A DNA stretch of 62,948 bases, the filler included, from Asterionella formosa (taxonomy: Eukaryota): the NCBI GenBank assembly GCA_002256025.1. It is 11 parts of 11 records of this genome, joined end to end, with 100 filler letters (N's around TTAATTAATTAA, not from the genome) between each part and the next. Parts side by side here need not be neighbours in the genome. Positions count along the whole stretch, not along the records: positions 1 to 24,381 come from NKIB01002262.1; 10 more parts are not named here. The stretch is one strand, 5' to 3'. Numbering within the stretch: position 1 is the stretch's first letter; the number at the start of each line of letters is the position of its first letter. The position numbers and the translations under genes were made by a program. Under the pieces are notes generated by a model. It was not told where the DNA came from. It saw only the letters and a program-made list of their open reading frames with translations, and did not search any database. Shown here piece by piece: positions 1-10,837 of the stretch.

Positions 1-769
1 CATTTATCCATGGGATTCTAGAGCACTGGTAATAGTTAAGAGGAATAGTGTATGATTTTATGCAGTTACAATGTCCAAATGAATTATTGCTGTTCCATTT
101 TTAATCCAAACACAGTTCCAGTACATTACCTTATACTCCCTCACAAAATATACCTACTAGTACATGCCGTATGTACACTGGTGAGACATGTATCATCGTG
201 GTACCAGGTACCAGGTCCAATACCAGCTTATCGCTCTCGATGTGAGTGATATGCTGATGATGTGATGCTCGATTTCGACATCAAGCATTACATCCAAGCT
301 GATTCTGGATTCCGTTTCTCCATATACTCGTGTGTAGAATTTGTCGTATGTAGATGGCTGGTACAAACGGAACACACCGACCTCAGTGTCCGGTAAAATG
401 GTTGTGCAACTCATCATCATTTTTCTTGGCTGTCGCCATGGCCCCACACACCCCAAAACATGACCAAGACACCACTGAAAAGTAGAATCCAGCAAAACTA
501 CCTCAGCATTGTGAGCTTCTTCAACAAGATTGAAATTTGAGTCAAAAAAGAGAATTTGAATTGTATCATCTTGCTTGGACCGCTTGCAGCGATTAACAAG
601 ACCAGAAGATCGGTTGCTTGGTCGTATGTCCTCGTTGTCATTCGAGAAGTCTTGGAGAGGAAGGGATGCCATCTCTGACCTCCCTTCATCCTTTGTCCAG
701 ATGAGGATGAAGACAGGATTGCAATATAAATGGATGACCATTGGTGAACACATAGTAAATACCTTGAGA

Positions 770-990
770 TTGATTGATGAGTTTATGTACTGGTAGGCAC
801 ATATATGCATACCTCTTTTGCTGAGAGCAGGCCATTTCAGGTATCAGCAAGCAAGTCTTGAAGTATCTCCGCAAATTATATGTAGTCATACATAAATATA
901 CATAATTTTATATAATGCACTGTTATTTCTAACTGTTAAAAAATTTGTGTTTTTGTTGACCTAATTTGGTAACTCTGGTTTGCACCTAAA
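770..990. repeat. Dispersed repeat, diverged inverted copy of ~47712-47945
   Basis: Reverse complement of ~770-955 (aaacacaaattttttaacagttagaaataacagtgcattatataaaa...ttcaagacttgcttgctgatacctgaaatggcctgctct...ggtatgcatata) aligns by eye with ~47762-47945. Segment 954-986 matches 47726-47758 in direct orientation. Confidence 0.85.
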
Positions 991-1341
991 AAACTGTATA
1001 AATGGTACAAAGTCAAGGATGAGGCAGCATTCTTCCCAAGGTGCCAGATGCAACTTGTGCCTCATCCTAGTGTAGGTTACCCAAGTCTGAAAATGTCTAG
1101 TAAATAAAACTAGGCCTGGAATACTGTACCAAAGAAAGTAAGTGACACCACCTCAGGAAGAGTTGTATAGATGTGGTTGTGTTTAAGTGTAAAATTTAAA
1201 CATGACTACCAAAGTCATGTGAATGATATTCATGTACTTGATATATGTAGGCATGAAAACTTCATTCCTTTCCATTATGTGTTGAAAGACTGGGGACAAG
1301 GTGTAAATGGATAGTAGTTCTTTACTGTCATTCGAGCAAGT

Positions 1342-2691
1342 TCAGTTTTCGTAGAAATATGGATGTTGCAAAGCAGCTTTGCAGGCAATTCGTCGATCGG
1401 GATCGTAATGGAGTAATTTGGTTAACAAGTCTGCTGCATTGACTCCTCCCAATTGATCCAATGAATAATGATCAGTAATGGGTGTTTCTCTCCATTGAGG
1501 GAATTCTGGATTGTAATGTGGTAATCTCAATACAGCTGGCCACATGTCCGCTGTGGGAGTGCCTCTACGTTGGAAAATTTTAAACAATTGATCAATATCA
1601 CTCCGTCCAGGGAACAACGGCATCCCTGTGGCCATTTCAGCAAATATGCATCCCACTGACCAAACATCGACAGCAGTACTGTACCGATTGGCACCCAATA
1701 ACAATTCTGGAGCTCGATACCACAATGTAACAACCTCAAAAGTATATGGGCCATTGGGTATGGCAGACAAGCGTGCTAGTCCGAAATCAGCCAATTTTAA
1801 TTGACGCCCATCTCTGGATATGAGAAGCTGTTGGTGTTTGTGTGTATAGTTGATGCATTACATATAAGAGAGATTTTAAGAGGGAGGGTGGGAGTGAGTG
1901 GTGTACCATAAGTTTGAGTATCAACAATACAAAAGAAATAAAATGCCGTACATTATGTGGCTTCAAGTCTCTATGCAACACTCGGTAGGTGTGACAAAAG
2001 CCCACCCCAGCCAAAATCTGTTTTAGGAAACTTTTCACCATTGGGCTTGGCAATCCAACTCTATCAGCAATGTCGTCACTGGTTTGATACTGATCCATAA
2101 AAGATTTCAAATCATGTGCGACGAATTCAAATACTAGATACAATCCACCAGGATGAGCTTGAATAATATCCAACAATTTGACAACATTGGGATGATTCAA
2201 TTCTCGCAATAAACTTATTTCACGAATGACATTGCAGGGAACTCCTCCCTCAGGTGTCGAATCAGCAAACGGGATACGCTTGATGGCAACAGTTTCACCT
2301 GTGGCGTTCGTGGTTCCTCTAAAGACAATCCCGTAGGCACCCTGGCCAATCAATTCCGTGCTGCCAGATATCAAGTTGGCAAGTAAGTGGAGGTACGATA
2401 TCAAGTTCTACCTCTATGCATATGTATTTCTGTAAATTAACTCTGCAAAGTAACAACGTACCGAGTGTAACCTTCCAGAGGTGGCTCATCATCCAATTCA
2501 GCCGCATGGACTCGTCGGGCTGCTCTGGCTGGGTCGACAGGGTCATTGTTGTTGTCTCTCACAATGGCGGCTGGATTATGATGGCGATGAGGGTGTGCAT
2601 CTCCCATAGCCACATCACGCTCATCGTCCTCCTCTTCTTCGTCATCACTCACTTCATCTAAAATATCATCTTCGAAGAGGTCGTCTTCCAT
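1342..2691 (-). CDS. Cyclin-dependent kinase (CDKA/CDK1-related, PCNVIRE variant), 3 exons
   Basis: Exons 2691-2462, 2360-1952 and 1827-1342, with GT-AG introns 2461-2361 and 1951-1828 that restore the frame. Motifs: IGQGAYG, VAIKRI, EGGVPCNVIREISLLREL, HRDLKPHN|LL, DFGLAR, VVTLWYRAPE, DVWSVGCIFAEM. Confidence 0.95.
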
Positions 2692-5249
2692 GGTGAAGAA
2701 GTATTGGATTGCTTTGTGGTTGGGATATTTTGTGTTTTATGATTTTATGATTTCATGTTCAGGCATGAAATAGCTTAACAAAAGATCATGATGATACATA
2801 CACAGTATTTATTACCGTACTGGTGGTACCTTTTACCAGGTACAGAATGTACTGGTATCCTCCTGCTAAACTACCTGGTACCCCCTGGTCCAAGAACGCT
2901 TACCGGTATTCTCCAACCTTTTCCTATATATGTCATCAATGATGAATACGTTTTATAAATGACGGAGTCGAGGAGGTATCATACTAGGTACCACCTGCCA
3001 TGTATTTCCCAAAAGTGTGTATGTACACACCGGTACTATATTCACACTCAGAAGTGATAGAGATGATGCAGCATGGATCTTCTGGTATGTACCCAGGTAC
3101 CTGGTACGAGTGTACAGTACAGACGTCGTGGTATCGTCCGCCATCTACGTACCGGTCCTGGTATCCGATCACGGAAAAGATGCGCTCGCAGTCGTTCCGG
3201 GCATGTCACTATCTATGCTTAGCGGGTTTGAGCTCGTAACGATCGAGGAGGTGCGCATTGGCTGCTTGGTTCTTATAATCACGACTTGTTGCTTATCGTC
3301 TGGCTACCGATAATATACATGTATCGTTATGAACCACAATAGCAAAGGCCTAAGAAAGGCTCCATCTTGGCATAGAGGTATATGGACTATGTTACTATCT
3401 CTGTTTTAATTAGTTTGTCTTTTGACAAATGTGTACTAAAGGTCGGTTTCATACGGGTAAAATACCGGTTTACCTGCCAGTGGTACTACCATCATCAGGG
3501 GCTGTCTAAATTGCATTCTATTTTATGTATGATGTGTACCAGTAAAGTAAAATTATTGCATTCTATATTATGTATGATGCTTCTTAATTGTTGTAAGGAG
3601 TGTAAGAATTATTTGGCAGCTTATATGGTTGACAGCAGAGATAGGAACATTCAAGATCAGCCCAATCCACCTGTAGACTATTTATATCTAATAAACCATT
3701 CCATAGGAGACTACCATAAACCTGGCATCCTACCCACCCCTGTACACAGCAGCCAAGGTTGATTTTACTGTGGGGTGCATGATGACTGAATTTTTTTAAC
3801 ATTATGAGCAAAACAATCAAACAACAACCTCAGAAGAACCTCAGATCAAAGGCAATGTGCTAAACCACTAAACTACTATTTATATTCCCTTGTTCTGCAA
3901 CTAAAATTCAGGAAATAGTAATAGAGAATCTTTTCTCGTTCTACAGATAAGGCTACTACAGACAAATTAATTGTTCATTTCAGTTCGGGAAATTTTAGGT
4001 GCGGGAAAACCTAATAATGACTTGCTGCCTTCAATACTTTTTTGTACAAGCAATATTCATTGTGTAAAACAGCCAGATGATGGATTTAGGTGAATCATAG
4101 ATTGATGGTGTTGGTACATCATGAATTGGGTCAAATTACCAGGTACCCTGGTATCAGTAAAAAAATGCCATGACCCATTGAGATAAGGTGTTTCGTCTCT
4201 TTGCTGCTCAAATGTAATCGGGTGAAAAAAAAGAAGAGCAAGGCGAGTTGAGTTTGTTAGCTTGCCCTCATAGAGAATATTGAGAGATATATTCACCCCT
4301 GGAAATGTCTTGATGGCACCATTCTCAACAGCAGCAGAGAAATACTTTAGAAATTTTTAAGAGGACCGTAAACGCTGCAACAGTGGCTTCGTAAATCTCC
4401 TTGATTTACCCCGAAGCTTTTTTCGTTTCCGAGGTAGACAATGGCTGCTTTTTTTTTTGAGGGGGCTGTGTGATGGATATAATCCTTCGCCTTGTTGACA
4501 TTCAGAGACCTTCGACTTTGCTCTGTCAACTTGGTTTGTTGACGCCAATACTGGCGTAATAGTACCAATCAGAAAAAAGATAGAACTGTTCCTGGGCACA
4601 AGCACCATCGTGAAATCTGAATGAAAAGTTAAGAAAATGACGATAGAATAATGAAATGAAGGAAATGAAATCATTGCAGATTTATGTTATATGAATATAT
4701 TGTAAGCATAGATTTCTATATAACTATTATTTTAATGTGACATATGATTTAACATCGAATTGCAAATATATCAGCAAGCCTAAGCCTAGTTTTTTTGTTG
4801 TGCTCAATGGACAAGATGCAAATTCAAGCCCAAATTTGTCGTGTTGGATGAATTATTCTCGAAATATTGGTTGCTTGCAACAGCCGGTAATTCTGCTGCT
4901 TTGAGAATATGTGAATTGTCCTTTTTAGATAAACTACCAGTATAGTTAGTTATATTTATACATATAAATATCAATTTTGTTTAGCTAAACCTCCTTTCTC
5001 TCAAGCCATCCCCTCTTTGGTTGCTGTAAAAAATTTTGTTCAGGTTGTTGTTGATTGTTGGCATCAGCTTAGAGATGCACAGTGGACCAATGAATCCCAG
5101 CAATCCGCCTGATTCTACCATTTGGCGTCTATGGCGAGATTCCAAGGCAGTCCTTGCATTGTTCCAATACAATCAGGGCCTTCTCTTGAGAAAAAGGCAG
5201 CTGCAGTAATCCTCGGTTCTTTGCAGTCCCATAAAACCTCTTCATCAAA

Positions 5250-7450
5250 ATCCTAAATTTGACTAGATGACATATTGCATTCCTCTTTTACATCCACAAC
5301 ACCAAATAACCTTATCGCCATCACTTATGGTTGCAAAAGGCACATCCTGATTGCCCAAAATTTTTTAGTTGGCCCATGTTCTTCACTTGATCCCCCAAAT
5401 GCCACAGGCAATATGCAATTGCAACAGTGGGACCTGTCAACCAACGGGAATACGCCTTAAAATTCTATCATGTGAATGCAAGGACAATTTTGACTCAAAT
5501 TAAGGCAGCCTGTGTGGTATGTATCAATTTTTTCAGCACCACCATTATGTTGATTTTTTATCATTTCATTCCTGATTCCATTCAACTGGTCCTTAATACT
5601 CTCTATACTTGACCTAACAACCTTCTGAACTCAACCATTCGAGAATCTGACAATTCACGTACAGATGTCCGATCATCAAGAAAACAATTTCGAACTCCTT
5701 AGCAGTAATAGCCCAAGTGCCTGTAGCTAGCTAAGTCGCCTCTCATTTTCCTGATGGCTGCAAGATGGGCAACATGAAGAGGTATACCTGCCTGTCAGCT
5801 TCACAGCGAATGAGGATGCTTCCTTGCATGAAAGCTATCGAACAGCAATATGTTCATCAACTGAAACAAGTCCCTTGATTTGTAGCTAGCAGTCTTACTC
5901 ACTGCTAACAACTTGTCAGTATGAAGTTGTTGGAGAGCGAAATTTTCTGTGGTGAAGGATACATGCTAGTCAAATACAAAGAAATAGAAGCGCCATAGCT
6001 TGCTGGCAAATCATGTCACCAAACAGGGAAAGTGAAGCCAGAATCACTTTTCCATCAAGTTCTGTTTGCTTTACTTGTTCATTTGCATCATTGGGGTTTC
6101 AAATCCAAAAGTTTGGTTCTGAAACAGAAAACGAGCAGGCAGCGCTGGCAGTCCAGCCAATATTCGACCAACTAGTGGCTGGTCACCTACCTTTTCATAT
6201 AGCATATATACAGCCATTTCGCACAGTGCCTAAAGTCCAACCACCTCGATTGTTGATCACTGCAATTGATGGACTTGCTGAAGCGCCACTCAATTCATAA
6301 GATGTTGCGCCATTTCTGATGCTGTGAGTACCAATATCATCCATCTCGTCATATCCATCTAGATTGCCTTCATGTCCATGAAGCAACCTCTTAATTCTAA
6401 ATCGATCCTCCTGCTCTGCACCAGGAAACAATGGACCATCTGTATCTTGTAGAATTTCCTGGAAGCATGTCATGTACACAAACAATGCAGTTATTGGGCA
6501 CAATGCAAAATCTTCAGGGTTGGTGTAGCAGTGTTGGGACTTGAAATTCTTAGAGCCATCTTGATTATTTTGTGTGTGAGAAAATCGAATTCCCACAGCA
6601 TCTTGACTCCAAACCAAATGTTTGATGCAGACACCATTAGTACTATCAACACAGCACATCTAATTCCAAGTTACATATAAAAATGCACGAGCAAAAAAAG
6701 CTGAGCGATGGAGAGCCATCTTCAATCAACCACATGTTTTTTTTCGGTACAGGTTGAATGTCAATTCGCATTTTCCCTCCTCAAGGCTACCTATCCCATC
6801 ATCCCATGCCATCCCATCAGCTCATCATCAAAGGAGTCTGTAGCCTGCATCTTATCCTTCTTTAACAAGTTGTAAAATGATATTTTCTTGTTTTGGGCAG
6901 CCTTTCACTGGATTACTGAGGGTCAAAAGATAATTTGCGAAGTCTGTAGGCTTCAAGTCTACAAATTCAATTGGATGCAATCCTGTAGAGACTTATTTTT
7001 TAAAATGAGTCTTACTGATTGTGATTTCTTCATGTGAATGGGAATGTTGTCAATATCATCAGTGATATATCTGATTTGCGCTAGCAACTCCGGTCCTAGC
7101 AGCTGGTCCTCATGTTTATATAAATATAACAGAAAGACATAATGTTTAGACTGGTGTTGGCTCCTCGTTGATTTTGCTCCTATAAATCCTTTCATATTTG
7201 CTAAATTCATGAGCTGTTATGACTTCATTTTATTTTCTTCCTTCTTAGATTTTCTTGAATCATGTTCCCTAATACTGCTGCCTTGTTCTTCAATCCCGCC
7301 CCTGGTGGTAAAATGCTATCCATGATCTCTGCATGTGCAGGTACTATTTTGTTGTCTTGTCTTTTATTGACGGAATCATGTCACCTCTCTTCATCTTGTT
7401 GTACTTGTTGCAATGCAGTTGCATCATCTGGATCCATTAGGGCTTGAACC
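5250..7450 (-). mobile_element. Degenerate tyrosine-recombinase transposon (Crypton-like) relic; boundaries approximate
   Basis: Fragmented frames at ~6140-6790 read EGKCELTFNLY, AFLYVTWN*MC, HLVWSQDAVGIRF, HCYTNP..LCPITAL, IGTHSIRNGA, RGGWTLGTV, then GDQ..VGRILAGLP after a frameshift. This resembles the YR catalytic region of stramenopile Cryptons. Catalytic residues are partly decayed, with in-frame stops. Confidence 0.75.
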
Positions 7451-7760
7451 AAGTTTTCATAGCAACAATGGAAGCATGCTGTTTTGACCTGAATATCTGC
7501 TTTTTCATGCAAATAAATGCACAGAGCATGAATGCTATACCCACATCCTGGGCAGTTAGTATGTCTGTGCAGTTGAACATGGTAGCTCCTTCACAATGCA
7601 TCTCTTTTGAGAAGTACAAACTATTTCTCCATTATGACTGATCTGATATTTTGATGTGGATGCTGTGGGTCGCTTCTATAGGTATATTGTTGATTGTTGT
7701 TTTTCTCAATTGATGTTCATAATTGAGTTGGAACCCCTACTATAGCTGTTTATAAATGTT

Positions 7761-7916
7761 TTGGGGGAGAAAAGTCTCCCCAAATAGCCACTGCTGACAG
7801 GATGGCTGCAGAAAATATGCATGTTACAAGCTGGAAGGGAATGAATGTGCATCAGCATCATGGAAAAAGGGGAGAATTTCTCCCCAAAATGTAGGAGAAT
7901 CTCGTAGATTCTCCCC
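7761..7916. repeat. Cluster of three short palindromes built from GGGGAGA/TCTCCCC boxes
   Basis: ttgggggaga-aaag-tctccccaa (7761-7783), ggggagaa-t-ttctcccc (7869-7885) and ggagaatct-cgt-agattctcc (7894-7914). Confidence 0.8.
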
Positions 7917-8327
7917 ATTTTTCCACGCTTCTGTTGTCCTCGGGAGGTGCATTCGAAGTTATTCAAGTGATATTTTCATAAAATCCATTGGATGCGGAGA
8001 CGAGCTTCAACAAGAATCGCCAGGAATTGACAAATGGAGTGTTCCCATGGCAGGATGATGCTATTCTGCAAGTGCACTCTACCTCGAAGGGAGACAGTAA
8101 CCTGTGACTCAGAAATCTGAATCACTTTGCGTCCTATCCAACCCCATGGATTATAGAAGAAACTAATGTAGTCTGCTTTAATGGGATGTGGCATCAAAAT
8201 TTCAAAGAAACGAGACGCTCCGAAATTGAAAAATAGAAGTATTGCCCACTCATAATCCAACAAAAAGTCAAGGAAATATTTTAGGACAATGAGGAGAACT
8301 ACACTCCCAAGATGCCCATCTAAACTC

Positions 8328-9770
8328 TTATCTACTTCTAAGAAAGGCTCTCGAAAACCATACCAGGTACACCATTAAAAAGCAAAACAATGATGTGACA
8401 CGGTTAGATGGGTATAGTGGTAGCATAACATCGGGTGACAAGTCTTTGGGAAAATTCAGTTGTTCATGGGGAGACCATATATGATTTAGCAAGAACACTG
8501 CTTCAGGTACACCAATTTTAGAACCATAGTGGCACCAATCTTCAGCAGTATCCCAAATTGGCCTTATGACTTCAGAAGTATCAACAAAACGAAGTTTTGG
8601 AAAAGCAGAATAGCTTTCCACAACCTGCCTCAAAATTTCGTTGTACATATCGACAAGAACAGGGGAGCGCCAATCCGTAGGTGGGCAGCTAAGACGCATC
8701 CTGTTCAAGGGAATATAGTGAATTGAACGGAAAATCAGCTTTTTATCAGGATGCTTGGCAAGAAATGAATCCGCTATTTTAGTCATATTCCCCTTGTAAT
8801 CTTGCTGGCTCTGAAATTGATCACCATTCTTAAATGACAAAGGCCATTGCCCTAATGCTACTATGACATCCTCACACTTTTCATCGCTGATCTTGAAATC
8901 AATGTCAAAGTAATTTTGAGGAAATTTGACCTCAAAATGGAGAACATTACAGGGTAGTTGTTTCATTACAAACAGCTCGTCCATGGCCTCTTTCATGAAT
9001 CTGGAATGACTGTCCCCAACAAGACAAATTACACAATTATTTCCAATGGGCCTCTGAACTAGGTCAGGCAATCTCATAGCATAGTTCTCAAACCAACTGT
9101 TGTCACATGTAGAACATATTTCGTTTTCCTGTGATTGCATTCTTGTTCTGATTCCACCATCCAACGTTAAATTGTTGTGGATATTCTCATGAATCCAGCC
9201 AATTGTAGTCGGGACATTGTTGCTTGATGGGCCAAGTTCAATTCTGAATTCTTCATTCATTGTGATCAAGTCACGAGAATTCGGCACGCAGTCAGTGATA
9301 AGGGATTCGTCACTTGAATTGCAAGTTAAGTGCAAGATCTCAAGAAAGTAAATTCCTCTGTACTGCACTGGAAAGAACTCCAGTACTGACAAAAGGGTAG
9401 TATACTCGTCGAACAGTGAGGGTGAACTTGACTCGAGAAATTGCACACTATTCCCTCCTTCCCGATAAATCACATCTCTAACCTTTGGGAGAGGGTTACC
9501 CTGCGAGTAATTGTAATGCATCATATGTTGTGTGGCTACCAAGGAAGGTCCTGATAGGCGAGCAAAATAGTATGGGCGAGGACAGGTGGATACAATGTTT
9601 AGTCCATAATGCCCTTCCTTGACCTCAAACCACTCAACATGTAAAACAGACTGATGAAAGATTGCTTTATTGGAAACTTGAATCTCCCTGTTTTCATTAC
9701 GATTGCGGCCCCAGCCGCCTAGAATATTCATTCGATCGTACTCAGCAGTAGGGCGGTTGACAACTGGCAA
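8328..9770 (-). CDS. SGNH/GDSL-fold (PC-esterase/TBL-like) protein; true start uncertain
   Basis: 480-aa ORF with CLVGDSHSR (GDS nucleophile block), VALGQW, and a C-terminal DWCHY (DxxH) motif; hydrophobic C-terminal tail. The ORF begins at a non-ATG codon. Confidence 0.7.
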   Translation of the reverse strand: MPVVNRPTAEYDRMNILGGWGRNRNENREIQVSNKAIFHQSVLHVEWFEVKEGHYGLNIVSTCPRPYYFARLSGPSLVATQHMMHYNYSQGNPLPKVRDVIYREGGNSVQFLESSSPSLFDEYTTLLSVLEFFPVQYRGIYFLEILHLTCNSSDESLITDCVPNSRDLITMNEEFRIELGPSSNNVPTTIGWIHENIHNNLTLDGGIRTRMQSQENEICSTCDNSWFENYAMRLPDLVQRPIGNNCVICLVGDSHSRFMKEAMDELFVMKQLPCNVLHFEVKFPQNYFDIDFKISDEKCEDVIVALGQWPLSFKNGDQFQSQQDYKGNMTKIADSFLAKHPDKKLIFRSIHYIPLNRMRLSCPPTDWRSPVLVDMYNEILRQVVESYSAFPKLRFVDTSEVIRPIWDTAEDWCHYGSKIGVPEAVFLLNHIWSPHEQLNFPKDLSPDVMLPLYPSNRVTSLFCFLMVYLVWFSRAFLRSR

Positions 9771-10005
9771 GGATCTCGTGGATTGCTAAAGACTAAACGA
9801 CGAAGATGACAAAATTATTTAATCCAGTTGTCCTGGTTTGTTGAAATATATTTATGGCGACTACTCTAGCGCGCTCCAGTACTGTCCTGGAATGACCGGT
9901 CAAGATCTATCTCGCGCCGCTCGTTTGCTTATTTTTCTACTACATAGAAAAAAATACTGACTACATGCCGGTATTTTCGTTTAGACATTCCTCAGATTTC
10001 ATCTA

Positions 10006-10652
10006 CCGTATACTTCATTGTCCTGGACCCCCCAATGTTCACTGCCGTGACTGAATTTGACTGATTTTACTTAAGGGGGCCCAGGACAATGAAGAGATTT
10101 CCCTTATAATAGACATAAGTAAATTTCTTTAGTTCTACAGGATAGCGCACATTTTTCTAAGATGTATTAATATGACAATTATTTCTGTCTTTTGAATATT
10201 GAGAGAGTTCTTCACCTCGCAAGAAAAACGCGACTTCATGTTGTTATCGGCGATCTCAATTTTCGTTGTCATTATTAGTGTTATTACTTTACTTCTTTTA
10301 CGATTGTATTTTCCGTGTCGTTCTTAATTCAGGCAGCAAGTAGCAAAGCGTCGTTCTCTATTTTCGTGGAGGTAATTCGTATTTTCGTCATGGTCAAGCT
10401 TGCGACAACATCATGAAGGATTCTCCAGCTGCTCACAGCCACTACCTGTCGTCTCTTGTGTTTTGTATGTACAAAAGAATCGCAAAATGGTAGCTAAATA
10501 ATTATATACTAGTGCCTACGAGGACAAAAAGAAATATAGCACGTTACTTTGTCTATGACAAGAAAATTATTGGGTGTTTGGTTCCACCTCGAGAAAAATG
10601 TACAGGGGGGTCCAGCAACCATAGGGGGGGTCCAGGACAATGAAGTATACGG
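10006..10652. mobile_element. Tc1/mariner-pogo-type MITE, 647 bp, 28-bp perfect TIRs, TA TSD
   Basis: TA|CCGTATACTTCATTGTCCTGGACCCCCC (10006-10033) and its exact reverse complement GGGGGGTCCAGGACAATGAAGTATACGG|TA (10625-10652). Partial internal TIR copies at ~10075-10094 and ~10605-10615. No transposase ORF. Confidence 0.92.
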
Positions 10653-10837
10653 TAGTCGTCGGACACATGTCGTCATCAACAGCCTAACAGACACACTCTG
10701 ACACTGATTTTCGTACGCTTGTATTTTAGTTCCGGTACAGTCCCCCTTTGCGCTTCATACAAACAAAGTTGACTGCCATTGAGCATGGTTTGACAACGAG
10801 TATCAAATATAATATGTACCTGGTACCTGCTGGTACC

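Noticed and set aside
193..810. 205-aa ORF as a gene
   Set aside because: It starts inside a dispersed repeat, ends in scar motifs and has no recognisable domain.
2953..3313. Short ORFs containing YQVPG/PGTWY-type peptides (also near 29583, 44100 and 58746)
   Set aside because: These peptides are simply translations of the TACCWGGTA scar arrays, not a protein family.
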